Assembly: GCA_040285745.1 (NCBI GenBank)
Contig: JAUFOR010000003.1
Location: 868,001-932,000, forward strand
Direction of reading: 5' to 3'
Source: Barthelona sp. PCE
Lineage: Eukaryota
DNA length: 64,000 nt
The notes below the pieces were generated by a model. That model saw nothing but the letters and a program-made list of their open reading frames with translations, was not told the origin of the DNA and did no database searches. The stretch's first letter is position 1; every line of letters starts with the position of its first letter. Below are positions 30,032-40,633 of the stretch, piece by piece. A program made the translations under genes and the position numbers.

Positions 30032-33000
30032 TTATTCCAAAACAACAACAGGAGCCATGGGGACAGCACGGCCGATATTCTTCTGAAGTGCTACAGGGAT
30101 CTCCTCATCTTGAGGAGTTACAATGGTAATGTCATCAAAACCTGTATTATCAATAATGTATTCCATCTTTTCGTGAATGAAACCCACCTCATCAAGAGGA
30201 GATTCGGCCACAAAATCGCTTGTAGTACCATTATTGATGGTTTGAATGATGAATGACATCGCCTTGTTGATACTCTTCTTGTTGTATCCCTTGGTCTTCA
30301 GGAAAGCACCAATGGTCCTCTTGAGTGAGGGGTCTGTGATGTCTTCGACGCTTCTCATATATTCAATAGCATCGATACGTACTTGAGGAGCTTGTACATT
30401 AACCGCAATCAAGACCTTGGAAACCTTCTCAAAATCGGCATTCTTCTTCTTGGCTTGCTTCTTCCTGCTGTTGTTGGTGGCGTCAGCGTTAGAACGGATG
30501 GTTGTGCACAGATATTCGAGATACTCAGACTGAAGGTGGATAGTCTCACTCGAATACTCTGGGAACAGGGGCTCGGGCCACTCAGAGTTGATGATGGAGC
30601 CCTCCTGGTTGAGACAGAAGCGCCAGATATGATCACAAATATGAGGGCACAGGGGACTGAGGCAAACAAGGTAAGCCTTGATGAAAGCGCTAATGATGTG
30701 CTTGTTCCAGTTCTTAACATCAGGAATACGCTTTCTGTAGAGGTTCCTGCAATCAAGGAGACCGTTGAGACCGTCAGCAATAACAACACGGTAAAGCATC
30801 TGCCCGTAGTTGTGGTCAGTTACATTGATACAGTGGTTAATGCTTGAAATAAAGGCGCTGTCCTCGAACCTGTACTCCTCGGTAAACTCATCACGCATTT
30901 CGCCGCTATTGATTGTTGTTTGGATCTCTTCGATCCAGTTTTGGAGGGTTGTGAGTTTCATGATCATGTTCTCGGCGTTCTTGGTAACAAGGTTTGCGTT
31001 ATCGAGCGTATCACCGGATTCAGCAAGAGCAAAACGCAGAACATCAGCTGAGAAACAGTCGATACCCTCTTCCAGTGTAGCGAAATTACCTGTGCTCTTG
31101 GACATTTTTTCTCCGTTCAGGAGAAGATGACCGTTGACACGCATACCCTGGGGCTGCATCTCAACCTCACCCTTCCAGATGGCTGCGTGGTGGTACAGTG
31201 ACATCATGAGGTGGTTTTGCATAAGCTCCTTTCCAGAGGTACGTAGATCCCAAGGATACCAATACATGAACTCGTCCTTGAGTTTCTGGAGCTTCTCTTC
31301 AGAGACAGGCATAGTTTCAGCGTTGTACTCAGCGCCCTTGAAAACAAACTGCCAGGCATCGAAGGTCATGTCGTCAGCGGATATACCCAGAGGACCGGTG
31401 TTTTCAACACCAAAGATGTCACCCTGGAGCAGGTGTGCGACTGTGTAGTAAGCCATATAGACAGTTGAATCGGAGAGAGACTCGATCAGATACTCTTCAG
31501 CCCAAGGAATACGTGTGCCCATTCCGAAGTAACGAGAGCAACCCCACTCACCCAGCCAGTTGACCTTTTGGTTTGCAAGGCGGCGGATATCACTTGTGTA
31601 GAGCTCCATGCGGTTGATTTGGTCAACAACATCTTGCTTCCAGTTCTCTTCACCGTATGAGAACATCCATTGGTCACACATCTTGACGACGCACTCAGAT
31701 CCCGAACGTGAGACAACAGTATTGTCAGGCTCATAGTAGTCGATGGCCAGATCCATATCGATGAGCATGGCCTTGACCTTGTTCTTAGCTTCCTCGACTG
31801 GCTCGCCAGCAAAGTGGCCGACAACCATGGTTCCCTTGTGGAAGCCTTCGTTGTAGGCAAGATCCTTGGCGGCTTCGAGTTTAGCAGCCTGCTCAGGGTT
31901 CTTGATTTTTAGGTCTTGACAGATGATGCGTGCAGCCTCAAGTCCGTACTTCTCAGTAGAGATAATAGACACAGGACGGAGAGCGACCATCTCGGGTGTA
32001 ACACCGTGCTTGGCGTATTTCTTCATGTTGCGAACAATATCCATATAAGAGATGTAGTCCGCGGGGGCATCGGATGGAACTGAGGTGACAACACCTGTGC
32101 CCTTGTTCATGCTGATCGTCTTCATTGGAAGAATATAGACAACACCGTTTGCAGTATGATCGTTGCTGTATGACATGAGACCCTTGTAGGCGGACTCCTC
32201 ATCATCGACGACACCCTCCTCAATGCGGCCTGCAAAGGGGGCGACGCAGCGCTTCCCGATAAAGGAAGTACCAACGACGGAGGCAACCTGATCAAGCTTG
32301 CCCTCGACCGCGGTCTTCGCTTGGAACGCGCAGTTCATTGCTGCACGGGGTGACATGACCCAGATCTCACCATTCTTCATGCGGTAGACGCCGTACTCAC
32401 CCTTTGGAAGGATCCAGCAGTTGGTCTGACCGTACATTGTCTCGGGACGGAGTGTAGCGCACATCATAAACACGCGGCCAGCATCCTCAGCAGAAAGCTC
32501 GGCGAGCTCATCAGGCATGTCCATGAGTCTCATCTTAATGAGGGTATAGTTTTGTGGAAGAACGCCCTCACCAACTGAACGATCGTGATCAGCGGAAGGC
32601 TGACCGTCTCCAGGTGAGTAAATTGTCGGGCGCCCTCCGAACGTGATCTTTCCCTCTCTGCGAAGGATCTCGAACTGCCAACGAATAAAACTGTCATAGT
32701 AGGGGTTCTGTTCAGTGGTGACGAATGATCTACGCCAATCAATATGAGCACCGAAGCGGCGAAGATCTTCCATAGCGTGAGGGGGGAAGTAGCGGAGCCA
32801 ATGACGCTCGTCGGCAAAGGCAGGGATCTCTTCGTCGGAGAAGCCGAGCTTCTTCATAATCTGCCACTGGTACTTGGACGTACCAAACTTAGCAGTGAGC
32901 TTGGCCCTAGCACTGGCAAACTGCTTACCAGAAGCGGCAACTTCTTCTTCAACCTCAGGGAACACTGGTGGATTGCCAAACTCTTCCATCTCAATGCGGA

Positions 33001-33298
33001 GCTTGTCAGCTGCACCCTTGATGGGCATTCCAGTGAGGTGGAAGCCAAAAGGCATAAGGACGTTCTTGCCCTTCAAACGTTGATAACCTGCCTCAAAATC
33101 AGCCTTTGTGTAGGAAAACACATGACCAAGATGCAGCTTACCGTTCATGTATGGGTAAGGGAATGTAATAAAGTACTTCTCCTGTCCGGGATTGGGAGTA
33201 GATTCGAAGATCTTCTCTTCCTCCCAGATTTGTTGCATTTGCTTCTCTATATGGAGCAATCCATCTCGGCGGCTCGTGGGTCCTGAGAGAGTGAACAT
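30032..33298 (-). CDS. LARS1: Cytoplasmic leucyl-tRNA synthetase
   Basis: TFPYPYMNGKLHLGH, TLRPETMYGQTN, GTGVVTSVPSDAPAD editing motif, KMSKS; likely ATG 33298. Confidence 0.96.
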   Translation of the reverse strand: MFTLSGPTSRRDGLLHIEKQMQQIWEEEKIFESTPNPGQEKYFITFPYPYMNGKLHLGHVFSYTKADFEAGYQRLKGKNVLMPFGFHLTGMPIKGAADKLRIEMEEFGNPPVFPEVEEEVAASGKQFASARAKLTAKFGTSKYQWQIMKKLGFSDEEIPAFADERHWLRYFPPHAMEDLRRFGAHIDWRRSFVTTEQNPYYDSFIRWQFEILRREGKITFGGRPTIYSPGDGQPSADHDRSVGEGVLPQNYTLIKMRLMDMPDELAELSAEDAGRVFMMCATLRPETMYGQTNCWILPKGEYGVYRMKNGEIWVMSPRAAMNCAFQAKTAVEGKLDQVASVVGTSFIGKRCVAPFAGRIEEGVVDDEESAYKGLMSYSNDHTANGVVYILPMKTISMNKGTGVVTSVPSDAPADYISYMDIVRNMKKYAKHGVTPEMVALRPVSIISTEKYGLEAARIICQDLKIKNPEQAAKLEAAKDLAYNEGFHKGTMVVGHFAGEPVEEAKNKVKAMLIDMDLAIDYYEPDNTVVSRSGSECVVKMCDQWMFSYGEENWKQDVVDQINRMELYTSDIRRLANQKVNWLGEWGCSRYFGMGTRIPWAEEYLIESLSDSTVYMAYYTVAHLLQGDIFGVENTGPLGISADDMTFDAWQFVFKGAEYNAETMPVSEEKLQKLKDEFMYWYPWDLRTSGKELMQNHLMMSLYHHAAIWKGEVEMQPQGMRVNGHLLLNGEKMSKSTGNFATLEEGIDCFSADVLRFALAESGDTLDNANLVTKNAENMIMKLTTLQNWIEEIQTTINSGEMRDEFTEEYRFEDSAFISSINHCINVTDHNYGQMLYRVVIADGLNGLLDCRNLYRKRIPDVKNWNKHIISAFIKAYLVCLSPLCPHICDHIWRFCLNQEGSIINSEWPEPLFPEYSSETIHLQSEYLEYLCTTIRSNADATNNSRKKQAKKKNADFEKVSKVLIAVNVQAPQVRIDAIEYMRSVEDITDPSLKRTIGAFLKTKGYNKKSINKAMSFIIQTINNGTTSDFVAESPLDEVGFIHEKMEYIIDNTGFDDITIVTPQDEEIPVALQKNIGRAVPMAPVVVLE

Positions 33299-33581
33299 TG
33301 TGTAAAGGATAGAAAATATGAAAGTGTTTTTGTTGATTTCCTGATGAATCTCCCAGCTTATAGTAGCCAGGTGGATGGATTTTGCCCCCAAGCAGTGTGT
33401 TAGAGGAGTTGATGTAGTAGTTTTGGTGTTGGACTGTTGATAGGATTTTTGGCAGTCATAACCAGCTTTTGTCTACATTTTATCTTTAAAACAGGTCTTT
33501 ATTATTTTTTGTTTACTTTTTGCAACAGCATTATGTGAAACAATGGTTTAGGAGTTGTTTTCAATTACACACCCATTTCAT

Positions 33582-35228
33582 ATGACAGAGGATGAAAACG
33601 TGAGTGATGAGGATACATATCCGGAATTCTGTCGGCCTTGTCCAATCCCATGCACTGTAAAGAAACCTAGCAAGGAAAAATCATCTTCTAGACGACCGGG
33701 CTTTAAAATGGAACGTAGTCAGTCGATAAGTACCCCAGAGGAGCTTAGAAAGGGTCAAACAAATACTGAAGAATTCGATTTGCGTCGACGTAATCCATTT
33801 AGCAAACCACCACTTTTGCAATTAACACCTCAGAAGAAGGTTTCGCAGCATCATCTTCGTTCATCAAAGCAACGGGCTAGGAGCCTAAGTTACATTAATG
33901 ACGTTAAAGATTTCGAGGTTGGAGAGAATTTAACATTTTTTCAAATGCTTTTTTATCTTTTGGATACAAACCCAACATTTCTTTACAGTGTAGGTGCTGT
34001 GAAGAAGGTGGCCGAGCGTCGTAAGTGGACATTAAATATGTTAAAAGTTCCGTTTACGCTCGAACGAACCCTTTTATATGGTTTTCTTATTTGTTTATGT
34101 TTTTTTCTTGATTTATTATTTCTTTTGCCTTTACGTATCATATATTTCATACTAAAGGCATTTCTGTCATATTTTTTGCCCAAAAGGTTAAAAAAAACAA
34201 GACAAGCAACGTATGCAAGATATAACGATGTTATTAATTTGTTATTGATTGTTTTTTCGACTTTATTTCTCAGTTTCTTCAACTTTAACGTGCATTATCA
34301 TCTCATAAAGACGCAATCTATGATGAAACTGCTCACAATAGTTAAGTTTCTTGATATTTTCTACAAGCTCAGTTGCGCTTTCTTGCAAGATACAATAGAC
34401 TCCATGTATCTGAGTAGCGTCAACCTGAGTATCAAAGGGGCGTCTAAACGAGTTGTTTTCATTGAATTCATTACGGATTTCACTGTTTGTGTTTTTGGAG
34501 TCTTTGTCAACAGTGTAGTTTTGTTTTATCAGTACATATGCCTCAACATCGCGGTTCACGCGCACGACAACACTCTTATAACTTATCTGATTACTCTTTC
34601 ACTCACGGAAATAGGAAAAACAGTATTTAAACGATTTCAGCAGCAGAATTTGTTCCAAATTGCATGCAGCGACATAATAAGCAGATTTTCTCTTGTTATT
34701 CAATACAGTTTACTTTGTATTCAATACAGCTTTGAGATAGGAGAACCCTTCTCAGACAGCCTACTTCGAGCATTCTTTATCAGTTTTGTGATGGAGGTTC
34801 TCATAGATTGGATCAAGCATTGCTTTATTTCAAAGTTCAACCAACATCATTATTCAGTTTACACAAAGTTTTTAAAGATATTGATGCACGATATGAGAAT
34901 TGCAGTACGTGGCCGCCTCACCCGCTTCGAGCACGAGCAGGACAGGCCAGGTACTGTGCAGCGGAGAATAGGGTTTCTTCCTTTCGGCCTGGTTGCTTTC
35001 TGTCTGAAGGTGTTCTTTACAAATGTTGATATTAGTTCATTGACACGGTTTACGAAGGAGGGCATCATGCTTTTCATCGCTGTATATGTTTTCGTTATTG
35101 TACTGCGCGTCTTTTTGGGTTTGTATGTTTTTGTGTGGTCTCTAAAAGGGATGAAGATGACAACACCCAATAAGGAAGTGCTGAGTGGCGTGGAACGATG
35201 GGGGCTTTATAAATCTCGTATACCATGA
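33582..35228 (+). CDS. TAPT1: TAPT1/EMP65 (DUF747) ER membrane protein
   Basis: VPFTLERTLLYGF.ICL..FL, YHLIKTQSMMKL, EIGKTVFKRF..QNLFQIACSDI..RF, DWIKHCFISKFN, RRIGFLP. Confidence 0.9.
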   Translation: MTEDENVSDEDTYPEFCRPCPIPCTVKKPSKEKSSSRRPGFKMERSQSISTPEELRKGQTNTEEFDLRRRNPFSKPPLLQLTPQKKVSQHHLRSSKQRARSLSYINDVKDFEVGENLTFFQMLFYLLDTNPTFLYSVGAVKKVAERRKWTLNMLKVPFTLERTLLYGFLICLCFFLDLLFLLPLRIIYFILKAFLSYFLPKRLKKTRQATYARYNDVINLLLIVFSTLFLSFFNFNVHYHLIKTQSMMKLLTIVKFLDIFYKLSCAFLQDTIDSMYLSSVNLSIKGASKRVVFIEFITDFTVCVFGVFVNSVVLFYQYICLNIAVHAHDNTLITYLITLSLTEIGKTVFKRFQQQNLFQIACSDIISRFSLVIQYSLLCIQYSFEIGEPFSDSLLRAFFISFVMEVLIDWIKHCFISKFNQHHYSVYTKFLKILMHDMRIAVRGRLTRFEHEQDRPGTVQRRIGFLPFGLVAFCLKVFFTNVDISSLTRFTKEGIMLFIAVYVFVIVLRVFLGLYVFVWSLKGMKMTTPNKEVLSGVERWGLYKSRIP

Positions 35229-35259
35229 AAGCATACCATGAAAGTATACCATGAAAGTA
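35221..35259 (+). repeat. 13-nt tandem repeat x3 (TACCATGAAAGYA) spanning the TAPT1 stop
   Basis: Directly visible tandem triplication. Confidence 0.85.
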
Positions 35260-35501
35260 TTGGTATGTATGTAAATAACTTAATGGAATTGTGGAACCAA
35301 CATTATTCATATTGTTTATGAAGGTCATGAGTAAAAAACATCCAAAAACATCAATTCAAAAATTGATTTTTTTGGGAAGAATCTCAAACATTCTTTGTTT
35401 TTAGCATCTCATAATGTGTAACCAAGTTTTTCGTAGGGTTTGGTACCGTCTCAGCTTAAGAAAAGACTCAGAACGCTGATTTGCGTTTTATATCCTTTTC
35501 T

Positions 35502-37235
35502 ATGAATAAGAATCACTTTTTTTGCTTTTTCATCTTGTTTGCTGTTGTATTTGGTATATCTACGGAACTTACAAATAAGATTACCAACCGTGAGTCTCAA
35601 TTAAACTCTTTGGTCAATGCTGCAGAGACTATTCTCTCTAATCCGTCTACAACAACATCTGATTGTACCTACAACGACTGGTGTTCATCCGGAAGCTCAG
35701 GAAGCTGCACACATCACAACTTTGGTAATGATCAACGTTGCGGATGTGATGGTCGTTCTTTTGTTGATTTTTCAAAGTCATGGACCTCCACAGCCCCCTC
35801 TAGCCGTCAAGCTGATACAATGTTTGAGGAACTTTGTGCATCTCTTCCCCTTGATACCAATTTTGCTTCTGCCTTTACTTCTGATAATTCTCTGAAGTGG
35901 CAGTACATCGGTTTTGGATCGGGGTTCTTCCGTGGTTACCCATTCGTATCTCTTAACATGGAGAAAACTTCTAGCGCTTGTACATCAAACTGTTGTCGTC
36001 GTTTAAGCACCGGAACCTGCCCAGGCTTCGATCCCAGAACACGTCCCTGGTACAACGTAGCCGCATCAGGACCCAAGAACGTCATTCTAGTTCTCGATGT
36101 GTCCGGCTCCATGGTCACTAATAACCGTATTGGTCTCATGAAGACTGCAGCAAAGACTACCATCAACGGTCTTACATATCTGGATCGCGTATCCGTAATT
36201 AAGTTCTCCACGATTGGTCAGAAGCTTGGTGTTTTACCTGATGTTATGGTTCAAGCCCACGAAGACAATAGAGAGATTATTAACAGTGCCATCGATAGCC
36301 TCTCCCCTGGCGGCGTCACCAATTTTAACTCTGCCTTCCAGGCTGCTTTTGATGTCTTAGATAATTCTTTTGCAGCTGACAACTACACAGACTGCTCTAC
36401 GCTTCTTTTATTCTTAACCGACGGTGCTGCATCTGATGCGTATCTTAACCACGTTGACTTGATTCAGTCTCGTGTCGACAGTCTCCCAGCATCTCGTCGT
36501 GCAAGATTTTCAATACATACAATGGCACTCTCAGACAGCGCATCTGTTGCTCTCCCTAAGCAAATAGCGTGCGGATTCAACGGTATCTTCACCCCTATCT
36601 CCGAGCACAGTGATGATCTCGTCTACGCTATGTCCACTTATTATGAGTTCCTAGCGCTTGGTATGGAGGCCACTACCCCCGTATGGAGCGAGAAGTACGT
36701 GGACGTCTCTGGATTAGGAGAGCTAGTCGCTGTCTCAATGCCCGTATATGAAAACGGCACGTTCAAGGGAGTTGCTGGTTTGGATCTTGTTTGGAGCGAC
36801 CTTACAGCAAATGACACTGCCGAGGAGGTTGTTACTTATCTCCAGAGCAGATCAAACAACTGCCCTGATTATGACTTGCAGACTTGCACTTTGGAGAGAC
36901 TGCGTGGCAGAAACAATAATTGTGGTCTCTGTCCTCATATTTGGAAAGATGACAACACTGATGATGATGGTGGTATTAGCAGTGGTGTTTTGATTGCAAT
37001 TGGTATTGCAGTATTTGTCATTGTTGTCGTTGTTATCCAGATGGGTAAAGATAAAAAGTCAGGTCCTAATATGAACGTTCAACCTCAACAGTTGGAGATG
37101 TCTAACTATAACGCTCAACCAGTCACTGCTAACTATGGTTATGGTGCTCCAGCCGTTCCCATGGGTCAACCAATGGGTCAACCTATGGGATATGGTGCTC
37201 CTCAGCCTAACAACAATCTCGTTTACATTCCTTAA
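35502..37235 (+). CDS. VWA + Cache-like type I membrane protein (CACNA2D/CACHD1-like)
   Basis: Signal peptide; WQYIGFGSGFFRGYP, FDPRTRPWY..AASGPKNVILVLDVSGSM (MIDAS), LTDG, WSEKYVD..G.G, GVAGLD; C-terminal TM and Pro/Gly/Tyr tail. Confidence 0.85.
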   Translation: MNKNHFFCFFILFAVVFGISTELTNKITNRESQLNSLVNAAETILSNPSTTTSDCTYNDWCSSGSSGSCTHHNFGNDQRCGCDGRSFVDFSKSWTSTAPSSRQADTMFEELCASLPLDTNFASAFTSDNSLKWQYIGFGSGFFRGYPFVSLNMEKTSSACTSNCCRRLSTGTCPGFDPRTRPWYNVAASGPKNVILVLDVSGSMVTNNRIGLMKTAAKTTINGLTYLDRVSVIKFSTIGQKLGVLPDVMVQAHEDNREIINSAIDSLSPGGVTNFNSAFQAAFDVLDNSFAADNYTDCSTLLLFLTDGAASDAYLNHVDLIQSRVDSLPASRRARFSIHTMALSDSASVALPKQIACGFNGIFTPISEHSDDLVYAMSTYYEFLALGMEATTPVWSEKYVDVSGLGELVAVSMPVYENGTFKGVAGLDLVWSDLTANDTAEEVVTYLQSRSNNCPDYDLQTCTLERLRGRNNNCGLCPHIWKDDNTDDDGGISSGVLIAIGIAVFVIVVVVIQMGKDKKSGPNMNVQPQQLEMSNYNAQPVTANYGYGAPAVPMGQPMGQPMGYGAPQPNNNLVYIP

Positions 37236-37316
37236 CTGTACATAAACCAATTTTTTTATCATTAAAGTAAATTGAGGCATTTTTGCATTTAACATCCTTT
37301 TCAAGCTTTTTTCTCA

Positions 37317-39170
37317 ATGTCATTTGGAAAATCGATACAATCGGTGTTCCAAAATCTACCTGAGACACTTTCAGTAGATAATTTTGATGAGAATGTGGGA
37401 AGCGAAATTATGCGTAACATTTTGCAATTGGAGGTGAATTTACTTGAGGGATCCAGCCTCACTGGCATTGATCTCAACGATTTTGATGATGAGCAGTTGG
37501 AAAACGTGCTTCTTATTGAGAATGAAAATGTTGTTGAACAAACAAACATGTTCCTTAATTCTATGACTGCTCTTGAGAGGTCCTTCCGCCAGAAACCACG
37601 TTTAGTTCAGGATTTACGTTCTAGTCTTAAACTGAAGGATATTGATGATGATCAACATATTGAGTTTGGTGAAGCAGAACTGTGCGTAACCACAGACATC
37701 TCAACGGATCACGAGGAGCTGGTAGACTACGGATTTGTGGAAGAAAGTGAAGATGAATTTATTGACTTCCAAGACGATGAATTTGATGTCGATATGGACG
37801 GATCTTTGTTTGACAACATGGCTGATTCCGACAGCGAGGACGACTCACCCATTGAGATGGAGGATCTTGAAGTGGAACCAGTGCGCAAGGAGCGAAAGTT
37901 AACAGTTGAGGAGGACGGTTTCTTTTCCATGGATGCTATGGAGAAGTTCCTTGAAGAGAGCGAGGAGCTTTATGACGAAAACGGTGCGTATTTAGGTGAG
38001 CAGAATGAAGAGAATGATGGCATTTATGAGAATTTGAGCGATACCGAGGAACAGGCGTTTTATGATGATTTCTTTGACTCTATTGATACTGTTCAGCAAG
38101 AGATGGAGACGTTTGTCCCCGAGTACATCGAGCCGGAGAGAAGGACAAAGAAGAAACAATATAAGTTTGTTGAGACTACATCGGATGACGAGTATGAGAA
38201 TTTTGACAGTGAATTTGTTCCGAACATGGACGGGATCTCTCGTAAGGCAAAGGTTGACGACAGTGTTCTGGAGGATACGCCTTTTGCGCGCTTCAGGGCC
38301 ATGATGGGCGATCGAATTCAGGAGGAGGAAGAAAAGTTGATGAGAGGTCGTGACTGGACGCTTATGGGAGAGACAACAGTTAAGAAGCGTGCAGAAAACG
38401 CATTGTTGGATGTTACAGTTGACTTTGACTCTGCCCAACGCCCGAAACCAGTGTTTGATGAAGATTTTGAGAAGAAGTTGGTTGATATGGTTATAGAACG
38501 AGTGCGTTACAATGAATTTGACAATCCCATCAGGGTAACAACAGCCACTAACAAAAAGGTGCGATCTGCGCTTGACGACAGTGGACCTGGTCAACGAAAG
38601 TCTTTACTGGAGCAGAATTTGGAAGATTATATTAAATCCAAGAACGCTGACTACAGTAACCACGTTGAGACGGAGAAATACGAGGAGCTGAAGCAGAGGT
38701 GGAGCGTTCTGTCGAGTCATCTGACGGCATTGACCAACTTCAACTACACACCACCACCAGTTGATGTTTTGGCGGCTAATGTCGTTGTCACACAGCGCAA
38801 CAAGATGAAGGATATCGAGAGCAATAAGGATCTGGGCGTAGATGCTGTTGCACCACACGAAATTTACAAAACAAAGGGTGAAGCACAAAACCAGGAGGAA
38901 ATGACCAAAGCTGAAAGAAAAGCCAAGAGGCAGCGTAGTAAGGCTAAGAAACACCGCCGCAACGTTATCGAAGGTCGCTACAGAAAGGGCGAAGGTATTT
39001 CTGGAACAAAGCAAAAGGCAAACCTGGAGCATAATGATTCCAATCATGTTAAATACTCTAAATCAACTCAGTTCTTTAAGCATTTCGAGGAAACACGGAA
39101 GAAGAAGAAGTTCCATGATGCCCAGAATGAGAAGAAGGATGTGAAATCCGGGAAAAAATACAAACTCTAG
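37317..39170 (+). CDS. MPP10: U3 snoRNP protein MPP10
   Basis: Acidic N-half, EDGFFSMDAMEKF, WTLMGE...KRAENALL, LTALTNFNYTP, APHEIY, KYSKSTQFF, C-terminal KL. Confidence 0.9.
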   Translation: MSFGKSIQSVFQNLPETLSVDNFDENVGSEIMRNILQLEVNLLEGSSLTGIDLNDFDDEQLENVLLIENENVVEQTNMFLNSMTALERSFRQKPRLVQDLRSSLKLKDIDDDQHIEFGEAELCVTTDISTDHEELVDYGFVEESEDEFIDFQDDEFDVDMDGSLFDNMADSDSEDDSPIEMEDLEVEPVRKERKLTVEEDGFFSMDAMEKFLEESEELYDENGAYLGEQNEENDGIYENLSDTEEQAFYDDFFDSIDTVQQEMETFVPEYIEPERRTKKKQYKFVETTSDDEYENFDSEFVPNMDGISRKAKVDDSVLEDTPFARFRAMMGDRIQEEEEKLMRGRDWTLMGETTVKKRAENALLDVTVDFDSAQRPKPVFDEDFEKKLVDMVIERVRYNEFDNPIRVTTATNKKVRSALDDSGPGQRKSLLEQNLEDYIKSKNADYSNHVETEKYEELKQRWSVLSSHLTALTNFNYTPPPVDVLAANVVVTQRNKMKDIESNKDLGVDAVAPHEIYKTKGEAQNQEEMTKAERKAKRQRSKAKKHRRNVIEGRYRKGEGISGTKQKANLEHNDSNHVKYSKSTQFFKHFEETRKKKKFHDAQNEKKDVKSGKKYKL

Positions 39171-39177
39171 TAAATGA

Positions 39178-39486
39178 TTAGGTTGGTGCTCTAAGTTCAA
39201 GGATCATGTGCATCACAGTTACGAGGAGGATTCCCATACCAACAAGAATATTTTGACTGATATCCCAATCTGCAATAACTATTAAGTATGAATATGGTAC
39301 TCCCAACATAAAACAAGTGAACAACATACGTATCATGAAGACAATGATAATGGAAATAAGGAGAAGGAATCCTAATTTGACTCGTTTAGAGCTAGAAGCA
39401 GAAATAACACCTTGAATAATCCCTACTATAAAGGATATGATTAAAACACCGAAGAAAATCCTCCAAAATATATACCACGCGTCCAT
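39178..39486 (-). CDS. Small hypothetical membrane protein (about 3 TM)
   Basis: 102 aa, strongly hydrophobic, ATG after T-rich leader. Confidence 0.6.
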   Translation of the reverse strand: MDAWYIFWRIFFGVLIISFIVGIIQGVISASSSKRVKLGFLLLISIIIVFMIRMLFTCFMLGVPYSYLIVIADWDISQNILVGMGILLVTVMHMILELRAPT

Positions 39487-39661
39487 ATTAAAATTTCAAA
39501 GGAGGGAAATGGAGAAATTTTGTGAAAACGGTTTCATATTCTTTTTCACGCACTGTTGTTCGTTGTAGTGGATGCACCACCGTGTACATGTCTGCTCTGT
39601 CCAAGTAAATTATGTTGAACTATCTCCCCCTTCTTTATTCTTTTTTACATTTTTTCTAAAG

Positions 39662-39981
39662 GTATGGTTGATTTTCCTCATAGTTCATCTGTTTTTACAT
39701 GCGCATTAGACTCAAATATATGTACAATAAGCTTAAAACGTTTTGTTTCGTAGAGGTTTCATTAAAACTATGTTTCTAACCGAGATAGCAGTATTTAATG
39801 CAAGCATAGCACACAGTCAAGTGGTTAGTGTCACACACGCGTGGCATTTTTGCACCATATGCAAAGCATGTAGATTTTGTCATTTACTTGCGATTCTTAC
39901 AGTTTTTGCATTGTTACACAGTATATAATGAGCTGCATCTAAACAGAAATGGGGGTACACGTTGTGTTTACTAACATTAAG
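39662..39981 (+). other. Putative 5'-UTR intron of RPL21, 320 nt, highly structured
   Basis: AAG|GTATGG after a pyrimidine tract; TACTAAC-ATTAAG 7 nt before the ATG; long-range complementarity between its ends. Confidence 0.65.
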
Positions 39982-39988
39982 CTTCAAA

Positions 39989-40468
39989 ATGGCTAAAAAT
40001 CACGGTAAGAGATCCAACACTCGCAAGAAGTTCAAGAAGGATTTTCGTAAGAGCGGTATGCCTACTCTGACGAAGTATCTCACCAACTACAAGATTGGTC
40101 AGTTCGTCGATATCGTTGTCGATCCCGCCATTCACAAGGGTATGCCCTACAAGTACTACTGTGGCAGAACCGGACGTATTTGGGATATCACTCCTCGTGC
40201 CGTTGGTGTCATTCTCTCCAAGCGCGTTGGTGGTCGTATCATGAACAAGAAGCTTCATGTTCGTGTCGAGCACATTCGCCCCAGTCGTTGCCGTGCCGCT
40301 TTCGTCGAGCAGTGCAAGGTTTCCGATGCTCTTAAGGCTGAGGCCAAGACCGAAGGTCGTATCATCTCCACCAAGCGTTTACCTGCTCAGCCTAAGAAGG
40401 CTCAGGTTGTCAAGTTCGATGGTGTTGTCGATGTCGTCGCCCCTGTTGAGTACGTTGAGTTGTACTAA
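39989..40468 (+). CDS. RPL21: 60S ribosomal protein L21 (eL21)
   Basis: MAKNHGKRSNTR...YKIGQFVDI...HKGMPYKYYCGRTGRI...KKLHVRVEHIRPSRC. Confidence 0.96.
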   Translation: MAKNHGKRSNTRKKFKKDFRKSGMPTLTKYLTNYKIGQFVDIVVDPAIHKGMPYKYYCGRTGRIWDITPRAVGVILSKRVGGRIMNKKLHVRVEHIRPSRCRAAFVEQCKVSDALKAEAKTEGRIISTKRLPAQPKKAQVVKFDGVVDVVAPVEYVELY

Positions 40469-40633
40469 TTCAATGCTTCTGAATAGAAAGTAAAAAAGAG
40501 GTACTTTATTATTCAGAAAACTTTATGATCCTAAAAGTTTGATCATTACTTTTTAACCCTTATAACATTGTAAAAAAATGTTTCAATGCTGTTTTAAAAT
40601 ATTTTTCCCTTTTCATCAAAATATTCGATTATA

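Noticed and set aside
33310-33390. Hammerhead-like CTGATGA core
   Set aside because: No correctly placed GAAA with three supporting stems
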